The notes under the pieces: generated by a model
The model's input: the letters and a program-made list of their open reading frames with translations, nothing else
What the model was told of the DNA's origin: nothing
Databases searched by the model: none
Shown here: positions 1-9,132 of the stretch, one piece after another
Position numbering within the stretch: position 1 is the first letter of the stretch
Layout of the letters: the number at the start of each line of letters is the position of its first letter
Assembly (NCBI GenBank): GCA_963709895.1
Contig: CAVPYD010000014.1
Coordinates: 77,693-101,692 of the forward strand
DNA length: 24,000 bases
From: an uncultured Actinomycetota bacterium
GTDB taxonomy: Bacteria; Actinomycetota; Actinomycetes; Mycobacteriales; Nakamurellaceae
Direction of reading: 5' to 3'
Translations under genes and position numbers: made by a program

Positions 1-324
1 GCCGAGATGCTCTGCCAGCGCGACGATGTCGGAGGCCGCGGCCGGATCATCGTAGGCGTCGAAGCTCAGGTCGCTGTCGCCCTGACCCCGCAGGTCCATC
101 GTCGCCACCCGGTAGCCGGCCGCGACCAGGGCGGGCGTGAGGTGACGGAAGGTGCTGCGCAAGTCGCCCATCCCGGGCACACCGATGATCAACGGCCCGG
201 TGCCGGACAGGTCGTACGCGATGCGGCCCTTCCCGCGGTCAAGGAAGTGGGTGTCCGGTGTCGACGCGGACGGGGCCGACGTCGATGGGGATGATGAGCT
301 GCTGGATGCTTGGCTGTTAGGCAT
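1..324 (-). CDS. alpha/beta-fold hydrolase, N-terminal portion (gene continues past the window start)
   Basis: Absent from the ORF track because there is no stop in the window. The reverse complement from ATG (324-322) reads MPNSQASSSSSSPSTSAPSASTPDTHFLDRGKGRIAYDLSGTGPLIIGVPGMGDLRSTFRHLTPALVAAGYRVATMDLRGQGDSDLSFDAYDD..., a typical alpha/beta-hydrolase N-terminus. GC3 is high. The frame runs exactly to base 1. Confidence 0.6.
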   Translation of the reverse strand, partial: MPNSQASSSSSSPSTSAPSASTPDTHFLDRGKGRIAYDLSGTGPLIIGVPGMGDLRSTFRHLTPALVAAGYRVATMDLRGQGDSDLSFDAYDDPAAASDIVALAEHLG

Positions 325-332
325 AGCCAAAA

Positions 333-350
333 AGCTATAGCTATTAGCTG
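333..350. promoter_or_regulatory. AT-rich tandem hexamers AGCTAT-AGCTAT-TAGCTG in a divergent promoter gap; includes the 10-bp palindrome AGCTATAGCT
   Basis: This is the only AT-rich patch in the 325-461 gap between the divergent hydrolase and yqeY-like genes. The repeats were read directly from the sequence. Function is not established. Confidence 0.25.
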
Positions 351-461
351 GTGTTGTCAAGGCCTCACTCGGAGTCACGATCGTCAGGGCGACCCTAGGT
401 CGCGCGGGCGTCCGGGGCGCCGGACGGGCACAGTGAACCCGACGACTCAGATCGGAGATCG

Positions 462-962
462 ATGACCGACACCACCCCCGCAGGCGGCGGGTCCACTTCC
501 GGCTTGAAGGCGCGGCTGCGCGCCGACCTGACCACCGCCATGAAAGCCCGCGACCCGCTGACGACCGGCACCCTGCGGATGGCGCTGGCCGCAGTGACGA
601 CCGCCGAGGTTGCCGGAACCACCGCCAAGGAGTTGACCGATCAGGAGGTCATGGCCGTGCTGACCAAGGAGGTCCGCAAACGGGCCGAGGCAGCAGAGGC
701 GTTCGCCGGCGCGGGCCGGACCGAATCGGCCGAGAAGGAGCGTGCCGAGGCCGCAGTGCTGACCGCGTATCTGCCGTCACCATTGACCGACGAGGAACTC
801 GGTGCGCTGGTCGCCGAGGCGGTCGACGGGGTCGCGTCGGCTGTCGGCGGACCGGTGACCATGCGTCAGATGGGCCAGGTGATCAAGGCCGTGCAGGCCC
901 GCGCCGACGGCCGTGCGGACGGGTCGCGGGTCGCGGCGGCGGTCAAGGCCGCGCTCGCCTGA
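462..962 (+). CDS. GatB/YqeY domain-containing protein
   Basis: 166-aa ORF. LKARLRADLTTAMKARD...LRMALAAV...EVMAVLTKEVRKRAEAAEAFAGAGRTESAEKERAEAAVLTAYLP..L.DEEL..LV is the characteristic YqeY/GatB C-terminal-domain pattern. GGAGA lies 3 nt upstream of the ATG. Confidence 0.85.
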   Translation: MTDTTPAGGGSTSGLKARLRADLTTAMKARDPLTTGTLRMALAAVTTAEVAGTTAKELTDQEVMAVLTKEVRKRAEAAEAFAGAGRTESAEKERAEAAVLTAYLPSPLTDEELGALVAEAVDGVASAVGGPVTMRQMGQVIKAVQARADGRADGSRVAAAVKAALA

Positions 963-1035
963 CCCGGATGCGCGCGGTCGGTGGCGGTGCGCAAAGCTAG
1001 GGCCCGTCTCGTCCCGTCACGCTGCCGGAGGCACC

Positions 1036-2502
1036 ATGAGCGACCCTGCGACGCAACCCAAGGCCGACATCGGAGTCACCGGGCTGGCGGTGATGGGCTC
1101 CAACCTGGCGCGGAACTTTGCCAGGAACGGCTTCGTCACGGCGGTGCACAACCGGTCGTACGCGAAGACCAAGGCGCTCATTGCCGAGCACGGATCGGAC
1201 GGCGCGTTCGTGCCGTCGGAGTCGTCGGCGGATTTCGTGGCCTCGCTGGCGGTGCCGCGGAAGATCCTGATCATGGTGAAGGCCGGCGGTCCGACGGACG
1301 CGGTGATCGACGAGCTGGCCGAGCTGGTGGAGCCGGGCGACATCATCATCGACGGCGGGAACGCCAAGTTCGCCGACACCCGCCGACGGCAGGCGGCGTT
1401 GCAGGAGAAGGGGATCCACTTCGTCGGCTGCGGGGTGTCCGGCGGCGAGGAGGGTGCGTTGAACGGCCCGTCGATCATGCCGGGCGGTTCCGCGAAGTCC
1501 TACGAATCGCTCGGCCCGATCCTGGAGAAGATCTCCGCGCACGTGGACGGTGCGCCGTGTTGTACGCACATCGGCACGGACGGTGCCGGCCATTTCGTGA
1601 AGATGGTGCACAACGGCATCGAGTACGCGGACATGCAGTTGATCGCGGAGGCCTACGACCTGCTGCGCCGCGGCGCCGGGCTGTCGCCGGCGGAGATCGG
1701 CGAGACCTTCGGCGAGTGGAACAAGGGTGATCTGGACTCGTTCCTGATCGAGATCACCGCCGAGGTGCTGGCGCAGGTGGACGCGGCCACCGGCAAGCCG
1801 TTCGTGGACATCGTGCTGGACGCCGCGGGGATGAAGGGCACCGGCACCTGGACCGTGCAGACCGCGCTGGACCTGGGTATTCCGGTGTCCGGGATCGCGG
1901 AGGCGGTGTTCGCCCGCGGCCTGTCGTCGGCGACCTCGCAGCGGGCCGCGGCGCTCGGGAAGCTGCCCGGCCCGAACAGCTCATGGACGGTGAAGGACGT
2001 TCCCGCGTTCGTCGAGGACGTCCGGATCGCGCTGTACGCGTCGAAGATCGTCGCCTACGCGCAGGGCCTGGACGAGATCTTCGCCGGCGCGGCCGAGTAC
2101 GGCTGGGACATCAATGTCGGTGCGGTGGCGCGGATCTGGCGCGGCGGCTGCATCATCCGGGCGAAGTTCCTCAACCGGATCACCGAGGCCTATGACAACA
2201 CAGCCGTGGGTTCCGAAATCCCGGCGTCGTTGCTGCTCGCGCCGTACTTCACCGACGCGATCACCACGGCGCAGGATTCCTGGCGTCGGGTCGTCGCCGG
2301 CGCGGCGCAGTCCGGTATCCCGACGCCGGGATTCGCGGCGGCGCTGTCCTATTACGACGGGCTGCGTTCGGAGCGGCTGCCGGCCGCGCTGATCCAGGGC
2401 CAGCGGGACTTCTTCGGCGCGCACACCTACAAGCGCGTCGACAAGGACGGGGTGTTCCACACCCTCTGGTCCGGCGACCGCACCGAGGTGCAAACCGCCT
2501 GA
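1036..2502 (+). CDS. gnd: NADP-dependent decarboxylating 6-phosphogluconate dehydrogenase
   Basis: The ORF 913-2502 contains IGVTGLAVMGSNLARNF (Rossmann GxxGxxG), GGNAKF, GCGVSGGEEGALNGPSIMPGG, HFVKMVHNGIEYADMQLIAEAY and QRDFFGAHTY. The start was moved to ATG 1036 (MSDPATQ), preceded by GGAGG at 1027-1031. The upstream 41 codons are Arg/Pro-rich. Confidence 0.95.
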   Translation: MSDPATQPKADIGVTGLAVMGSNLARNFARNGFVTAVHNRSYAKTKALIAEHGSDGAFVPSESSADFVASLAVPRKILIMVKAGGPTDAVIDELAELVEPGDIIIDGGNAKFADTRRRQAALQEKGIHFVGCGVSGGEEGALNGPSIMPGGSAKSYESLGPILEKISAHVDGAPCCTHIGTDGAGHFVKMVHNGIEYADMQLIAEAYDLLRRGAGLSPAEIGETFGEWNKGDLDSFLIEITAEVLAQVDAATGKPFVDIVLDAAGMKGTGTWTVQTALDLGIPVSGIAEAVFARGLSSATSQRAAALGKLPGPNSSWTVKDVPAFVEDVRIALYASKIVAYAQGLDEIFAGAAEYGWDINVGAVARIWRGGCIIRAKFLNRITEAYDNTAVGSEIPASLLLAPYFTDAITTAQDSWRRVVAGAAQSGIPTPGFAAALSYYDGLRSERLPAALIQGQRDFFGAHTYKRVDKDGVFHTLWSGDRTEVQTA

Positions 2503-2524
2503 CCGCGCCCCCTTTTCGGCGCGG
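2503..2524 (+). terminator. hairpin just after the gnd stop (CCGCGCC-cccttttc-GGCGCGG)
   Basis: 7-bp GC stem with an 8-nt loop, starting 1 nt after the stop. The 3' arm is also the start of the left inverted-repeat unit. Confidence 0.45.
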
Positions 2525-2609
2525 ATCAACTTCGCCGGCGCGGATCAAATCGTTCGGTTCTGTCACTCAGGTCCCAAAACCGCGACGATGATCCGCGCGA
2601 CGGGCGGGG
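2518..2609. repeat. left palindromic repeat unit (GCGCGGATCAA x2 ... GATCCGCGC) flanking the AbiEi-like insertion
   Basis: GGCGCGGATCAACTTCGCCGGCGCGGATCAA (2518-2548) matches the reverse complement of 3986-4016 at 29/31. In direct orientation, 2538-2609 aligns with 3936-4029: GCGCGGATCAAATCG, GTCCCAAAACCGCGAC vs GTCCCACAACCGCCAC, and GATCCGCGC.ACGGG.GCGGG. Confidence 0.7.
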
Positions 2610-2713
2610 CTGGTTTCGTGCTGGAGCTCGCTGATGACTGCCGATGTCTACTGCGATGACTACTGCGGCTCGGCTGACGCTCGAGCCCGGGCCGGAGCGG
2701 GATTGTCGGTGCC

Positions 2714-3710
2714 TCACGCCGCCCAAGGTGGGGTCAGCGTCCAGCACGTCGGCGCCGGCTGCCCTGACCGGAGCCTCGCCGCCTCCTGGGCCCGCCGGAC
2801 GATTTCCGCCGGCCGGGCCATTGCCAGACTCCAGCCGTACCTCGCTATGCCGAATGAGAGGGAGCGGAGCAGTCGCTCCCGATCCCGGTCGGCCCGGACG
2901 AGCGCCGCGGCATCGAGCCGGTTGTCGTATTTCACCGCACCATCGGCCTCCAGGATCACCCCCTGCTCCGGCAGCAAGTGGTCGGCCCGGAACCACTGCC
3001 CGGCCACCGGGATCCAGGCATTCGACACCGGCGCGGGCAATCCGGCGCTGAGAAAAGCGAAGCGCCCCAACGACTCCAGCGGGCTCTCGGCGCGCGGGTC
3101 AGCATGCTCGACGACCCACCTCGCGGATTCGATGCCCGGGTAGCTCTCCATGTTGGCGACGATGTTCGCGAGGACCTCCCGATGCACGCCGGACGCGAGA
3201 ACCCTGTCCGCAACGACGATTCCGTCGCGCGTTCCGTAGTGCCGGGCAATGTCGATCACGGCATACGCCGGACTTACCGTGAACACCCGACCGCGCCGTG
3301 TCTGATGGGAAGGCGGCAGGTAGCCGTGACGGACCCGGCCGTACGGCGAGCGATCGTGCCCGATGTGCGCGTTTCCCGGCCGCAGGGCTGTCGGGCGGTC
3401 CGGTGGATCACCCACCATCGGGATCTCCAGCACGGCCGCAGCGGCAGCGCCCGTCAGGAAGGTGTCCGGACCGGCAGGACAAGCTGAAGGCGATCGAACG
3501 CAGTCGGAAGGCTTCCCACGGCGCGGCCGCCTGGAGGGTCGCGGTCGAGACGAACGCGGCCTTGCCCAGTCGGGTGAGCTCGCCGCGGTCAGCCGACCGG
3601 CGAAGCACCGACCTCGGAATTCCGGCCGCCTCCGCGTCCCGCGCCAGGATCACCGGGCCATGGTGGACGAACAAAGCCGCAACCTGTCGGCGGTCAGCCA
3701 CAATCCGCAT
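2714..3710 (-). pseudogene. AbiEi_4-like HTH N-terminal domain plus DUF559/endonuclease-like C-terminal domain protein, frameshifted as sequenced
   Basis: ORF 3408-3710(-) gives MRIVADRRQVAALFVHHGPVILARDAEAAGIPRSVLRRSADRGELTRLGKAAFV..., the N-terminal antitoxin-like HTH pattern. ORF 2714-3433(-) continues with ...AVLEIPMVG...RPGNAHIGHD...VFTVSPAYAVIDIARHYG...ILEADGAVKYD...DRDRERLLRSLSFGIARYGW, a DUF559-like C-terminus. The two join through a one-base frame change somewhere in 3433-3480. No partner AbiEii-type gene is present. Confidence 0.65.
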
Positions 3711-3767
3711 GCCGCGACCCTGCGAGCCGAACCCGCGTCGGCGTCCAAAGGTCCGTCACCGATTTGT

Positions 3768-3922
3768 GGACAACTCGAGGGGTGGGGACAACTCCGGAGG
3801 ACAAGTCAGCTTCCTGACGGGCTCGCGGCCGCTGGTCGATGGCCTCAGTGCCCTGTGGTCAACGGACTCGGGCCCCGGTCGTCAATGGAGTCATGGCGTC
3901 AATGGACCGTAGCTCAATGACA
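3768..3922 (-). promoter_or_regulatory. two sets of iteron-like direct repeats upstream of the AbiEi-like gene
   Basis: GGACAA(C/G)TC occurs at 3768, 3786 and 3799. GTCAA(C/T)GGA(C/G) occurs at 3858, 3881 and 3898, with a degenerate CTCAATGACA at 3913. All lie in the 225-bp noncoding stretch 5' of the minus-strand gene start (3710). Confidence 0.35.
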
Positions 3923-3935
3923 CTGCCCCACATCC

Positions 3936-4029
3936 GCGCGGATCAAATCGGCTACTCCAGCCCCACCAGTCCCACAACCGCCACGTTGACCCGCGCCGGC
4001 GATGTTGATCCGCGCCAACGGGGGCGGGC
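3936..4029. repeat. right palindromic repeat unit (GCGCGGATCAA ... TTGACCCGCGCC, TTGATCCGCGCC)
   Basis: See the left unit. 3986-4016 is the 29/31 inverted copy of 2518-2548. An internal stem forms between GCGCGGATCAA (3936-3946) and TTGATCCGCGC (4005-4015). Confidence 0.7.
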
Positions 4030-4100
4030 GGGAACGGGGGACGGGCGCAGCGCGCACACCAGGGCACGCCGCCGCGGAGCCGCGCACTAACCTGATCGGA

Positions 4101-5937
4101 ATGAGCTCTCCCGTCCTCACCGCGGTGGCCTGGCCCTACGCCAACGGCCCCCGCCACATCGGCCACGTGTCCGGGTTCGGCGTCCCCGCCGACGTCTTCT
4201 CCCGCTACCAGCGGATGGCGGGGAACGACGTCCTGATGGTGTCCGGGACGGACGAGCACGGCACCCCGATCCTGGTGCAGGCGGACGCCGAGGGCGTCAC
4301 CGCGCGCGAACTCGCCGACCGGTACAACCGCGTCATCGTGCAGGACCTGCAGGGTCTCGGGCTGTCCTACGACCTGTTCACCCGCACCTCCACCCGCAAC
4401 CACTACGCCGTGGTCCAGGAAATGTTCCGCACCGTGCACCGCAACGGCTACCTGGTGGCCAAGACGACGATGTCGGCCATCTCGCCGTCGACCGGCCGCA
4501 CCCTGCCCGACCGGTACATCGAGGGAACCTGCCCGATCTGCGGGTACGACGGAGCGCGCGGCGACCAGTGCGACAACTGCGGCAACCAGCTCGATCCCAT
4601 CGACCTGATCAACCCGCGGTCCAAGATCAACGGCGAGACACCGATCTTCACCGAGTCCGAGCACCTGTTCCTCGACCTTCCCGCGCTCGCGCAGGCGCTG
4701 GGGGACTGGCTACGGACCCGGAACGACTGGCGCCCCAACGTGTTGCGGTTCTCCCTCAACCTGCTCGACGACCTGCGGCCGCAGAGCGATGACCCGGGAC
4801 ATCGACTGGGGCATCCCGGTGCCGCTGGACGGCTGGCGCGAACGCCCGGACAAGAAGCTGTACGTCTGGTTCGACGCCGTCATCGGGTACCTCTCGGCGT
4901 CCATCGAGTGGGCGCGCCGGTACGGCGATCACGGCCGGCCGGACCCCGACGCCTGGGAGAAGTGGTGGTCGCCGGACAGCGCGGGTGCCCGTGCCTACTA
5001 CTTCATGGGCAAGGACAACATCACCTTCCATTCGCAGATCTGGCCGGCCGAGTTGCTCGCCTACGACGGCAAGGGTGAGCGCGGCGGCGCCCCCGGCCGG
5101 CTGGGCACGCTCAACCTGCCGACCGAGGTCGTCTCCAGCGAGTTCCTGACGATGAGCGGCTCCAAGTTCTCCACCTCCCGCAAGACGGTGATCTACGTCG
5201 GCGACTTCCTGCGCGAGTACGGCCCCGATTCGCTCAGGTACTTCATCGCCGTCGCCGGGCCGGAGACCCAGGACGCCGACTTCACCTGGGAAGAGTTCGT
5301 GCGGCGCAACAACTTCGAACTCGCCAATGAATGGGGGAACCTGGTCAATCGGTCGATCTCCATGGCGCACCGCAATTTCGGCCAGATCCCCACCCCGGCA
5401 ACGCTTTCCGAGATCGACGCCGAACTGCTGAGGGCATCGGCCCAGGGGTTCGAGACGGTCGGAGATCTGTTGGCGCGCAGCCGGTTCAAGGCGGCCTCCG
5501 GCGAGGCGATGCGCATCGTGAGTCTGGCCAACAAGTACATCTCGGAGTCCGAGCCGTGGAAGCTGGGCGACGACCCGGAACGGCAGGGCACCGTGCTGCA
5601 CACCGCCCTGCAGGTGGTCGACGACGCGAAAACCCTGTTGACGCCGTTCATTCCGCATTCAGCTCAGCAGGTCTTCACCGCGTTGGGCGGTGCCGGGGTG
5701 TGGGCCGCGCAACCGGAGATTCGTGAGGTCACCGATTTCGCCGACGATGTCGAGGGGATCGGCGTCCCCGAGGTGGTCGACTACCCCGTTCTCACCGGCG
5801 ATTACGCCGCCGAGCAGGCGGTGTGGGCCCGCCGGGACATCGAACCCGGCCGACCGCTGGCCAAGCCGACTCCGCTGTTCAGCAAGCTGGATCCGAAACT
5901 CGGGGAGACCGGCCCGCCGTGGGCGCCGGTCGGCTGA
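4101..5937 (+). pseudogene. metG: methionine--tRNA ligase, one frameshift as sequenced (probably a sequence error because the gene is essential)
   Basis: The ATG at 4101 opens [39 protein letters not shown] (HIGH motif), followed by the Zn knuckle [18 protein letters not shown]. The frame breaks after ...NLLDDLRP. The second ORF resumes [12 protein letters not shown]...[10 protein letters not shown]...KFSTSRK (KMSKS-like). Seven nt (cagagcg, 4782-4788) sit where six are expected; removing a4783 gives RPRAMTRD. Confidence 0.9.
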
Positions 5938-6010
5938 TCGGCAGGACACCGATGTGGGACGAGCGGCCGATGCACCCGCAACGACGACTGCCACCACCGG
6001 GCCACACCCG

Positions 6011-6857
6011 GTGACGGGCGACGTCCACCCGGCGGTCGCCGACCGCCCGCTGGCTCCGGCGCCCGAGCCGCTGCCCGCGCCGGTCATCGACGCGCACACC
6101 CACCTGGACGCCTGCGGCTGTGCGACGCCGGACGACGTCGCAGCGGCGATGGCCCGGGCGGCAGCGGTCGGGGTGCGGGGCGTCGTCACCGTGGCGGACG
6201 ATCTGGCGTCCGCCCGCTGGGTGGTGCGGGCGGCCGGCTGGCACCCCGCGGTGTACGCCGCAGTCGGGCTGCACCCGACCAGGGCGGACCAGCTGGACGA
6301 CGCTGCCCGCGCCGAGCTCGAGTTGCTGGCCACCGACCCGAAGGTGGTCGCCATCGGCGAGACCGGACTGGACTACTACTGGGACTACGCCGGCCCGGCC
6401 GACCAGGCGGCGGCGTTCGCCTGGCACATCGACCTGGCGAAGCGGCTGGGCAAGCCGCTGATGATTCACGACCGGGACGCGCACGCCGACGTGCTGGCGA
6501 TGCTGCGGAGCCGAGGGCCCGCCGGACACGGTGATCTTCCACTGCTTCTCCGGTGACGCCGCGATGGCCGCGGAATGCGCCGAGGCCGGCTACGTGGTCT
6601 CGTTCGCGGGACCGGTGAGTTTCCGCAATGCCCGGGCGCTCGTCGAAGCGGCGAGGGTGGTGCCGGACGGGTTGCTGATGGTCGAGACCGACGCGCCGTT
6701 CCTCACCCCACACCCGTTCCGGGGCAAGCGGAATGAGCCGTTCGCGCTGCCCTACACGGTGCGTGCGCTGGCCGGGATCCGGTCGGTTGCGTTGGACCAG
6801 CTGTGTAATTCGGTGATGCTCACCACACGAAATGTGTACGGTCTGCCCGATTTGTGA
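6011..6857 (+). pseudogene. tatD: TatD-family metal-dependent DNase/hydrolase, one frameshift as sequenced
   Basis: Contains VIDAHTHLDAC...AVGLHP...AIGETGLDYYWD...KPLMIHDRDAHADVL, then a frame break. It resumes VIFHCFSGD...SFAGPVSFRNA...LMVETDAPFLTPHPFRGKRNEP. The extra base is near 6509-6513 (agc-c-gag gives LRSEGPPDTVIFHCF). The start is uncertain: GTG 6011 or GTG 5954, both in frame. Confidence 0.85.
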
Positions 6858-6922
6858 CGAATTCCCTGTCGACTCATCGTCACGTTGTCCGAGTCATGAC
6901 CGTTATGCACGGCTCGGGTTGG

Positions 6923-6978
6923 TTGCCTCGCTGTGCCCTCGCCGTTACCCTCCTGTGATAACAGCCGGGATGGGGAAG
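6923..6978 (+). promoter_or_regulatory. candidate promoter (-35 TTGCCT 6923-6928, 17 bp spacer, -10 TACCCT 6946-6951) overlapping the conserved rpf leader box (6942-6978)
   Basis: Box sequence: CCGTTACCCTCCTGTGATAACAGCCGGGATGGGGAAG. The same box occurs at 9133-9169 and 11312-11348. The hexamer spacing is identical to the rpf3 copy. No TSS data are available. Confidence 0.4.
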
Positions 6979-7207
6979 TTCCGGGTGCGTCAGGGGCAGG
7001 ACTGGTCGGCATCGATGCCGGCGCGGCGTCAGTCCGCGCTGGTCGATGGGGACGAGCCCTGCCTTTTGTGTGCCGCGCGGCGCCTTCGGTGGCCCGTGGC
7101 CGCTGGCGCGCCCTGTCGCCTGCCCGGGCGCTTCGACGTTCGGACGTGATGTGACCTCAGCCAGCGATCAGGTAGGCGCCCAGCACAGCGGTGACGATGC
7201 ACCGGGC

Positions 7208-8688
<1,481 letters not shown>

Positions 8689-8701
8689 CCGCGCAGCTCT
8701 C

Positions 8702-8741
8702 CACGAGGGGCCCGTGCCGCCGGCGGCACGGGCCCCTCGTG
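8702..8741 (+). terminator. perfect 40-bp palindrome hairpin downstream of rpf paralogue 1
   Basis: CACGAGGGGCCCGTGCCGCC / GGCGGCACGGGCCCCTCGTG, starting 14 nt after the stop. There is no clear U-tract. Confidence 0.6.
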
Positions 8742-8774
8742 CTGTCAGTACCGACCGGCGCCCGCCGGCCCGTC

Positions 8775-8806
8775 GATCTCCCTGAAGGGCGATCTCCCTG
8801 AAGGTC
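8775..8806. repeat. 16-bp tandem direct repeat GATCTCCCTGAAGG(G/T)C x2
   Basis: Read directly: 8775-8790 and 8791-8806, 15/16 identical, in noncoding spacer. Confidence 0.8.
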
Positions 8807-8893
8807 GACGTCACCGACGGGCCGATTCGTCACGTCCCTGGGTGCGAAGCACGCCGGAACGAGGCGTGGCGACACCGTCAGGCACTCTGCTTG

Positions 8894-8911
8894 GTCACGG
8901 CCGTCACGACA
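8894..8911. promoter_or_regulatory. tandem 9-mers GTCACGGCC-GTCACGACA (MtrA-box-like direct repeat)
   Basis: GTCACG at 8894 and 8903 (period 9). Additional GTCAC copies occur at about 8808, 8826 and 8944. The resemblance to published GTCACAgcg-type MtrA boxes is judged by eye only. Confidence 0.3.
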
Positions 8912-8974
8912 GCTGTGGTAACAGCGCGCGACCACCGACGCGGCTGTCACTACCCGGATGCCGTGCACCTGAAA

Positions 8975-9064
8975 CGTGACGGCGGTCACCCTGCGGGGCC
9001 GGAAAACGTGACCGCGGCCACCGGATCCGCCATCCTCCGCGGCGCGAATGTGGCGGGCGCCACA
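8975..9064. promoter_or_regulatory. cluster of three CRP/GlxR-like palindromes upstream of rpf paralogue 2
   Basis: CGTGA-CGGCGG-TCACC (8975-8990), CGTGA-CCGCGG-CCACC (9007-9022) and TGTGG-CGGGCG-CCACA (9049-9064). All fit the (T/C)GTG-N8-CAC(A/C) core of the TGTGA-N6-TCACA family. Confidence 0.35.
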
Positions 9065-9132
9065 AAACGCGTGAGATTTCGGTGAGGCCTGCACCACAAT
9101 TCCCACACAGGGGTATCACAAACGTTGCGGGT

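Noticed and set aside
3298-4090. Plus-strand ORFs 3298-3912, 3363-3920 and 3839-4090, which overlap the AbiEi-like gene and its upstream region
   Set aside because: They are Arg/Pro/Gly-rich without motifs. They overlap the better-supported minus-strand gene and run through the direct-repeat and palindromic-unit region.
4782-4788. Programmed ribosomal frameshifting as an explanation for the split metG, tatD, ABC-F and rpf ORFs
   Set aside because: No slippery heptamer or downstream pseudoknot is evident at any site. The events occur in unrelated genes. Each is repaired by deleting one base to restore a highly conserved peptide, so indel error or mutation is the simpler explanation.
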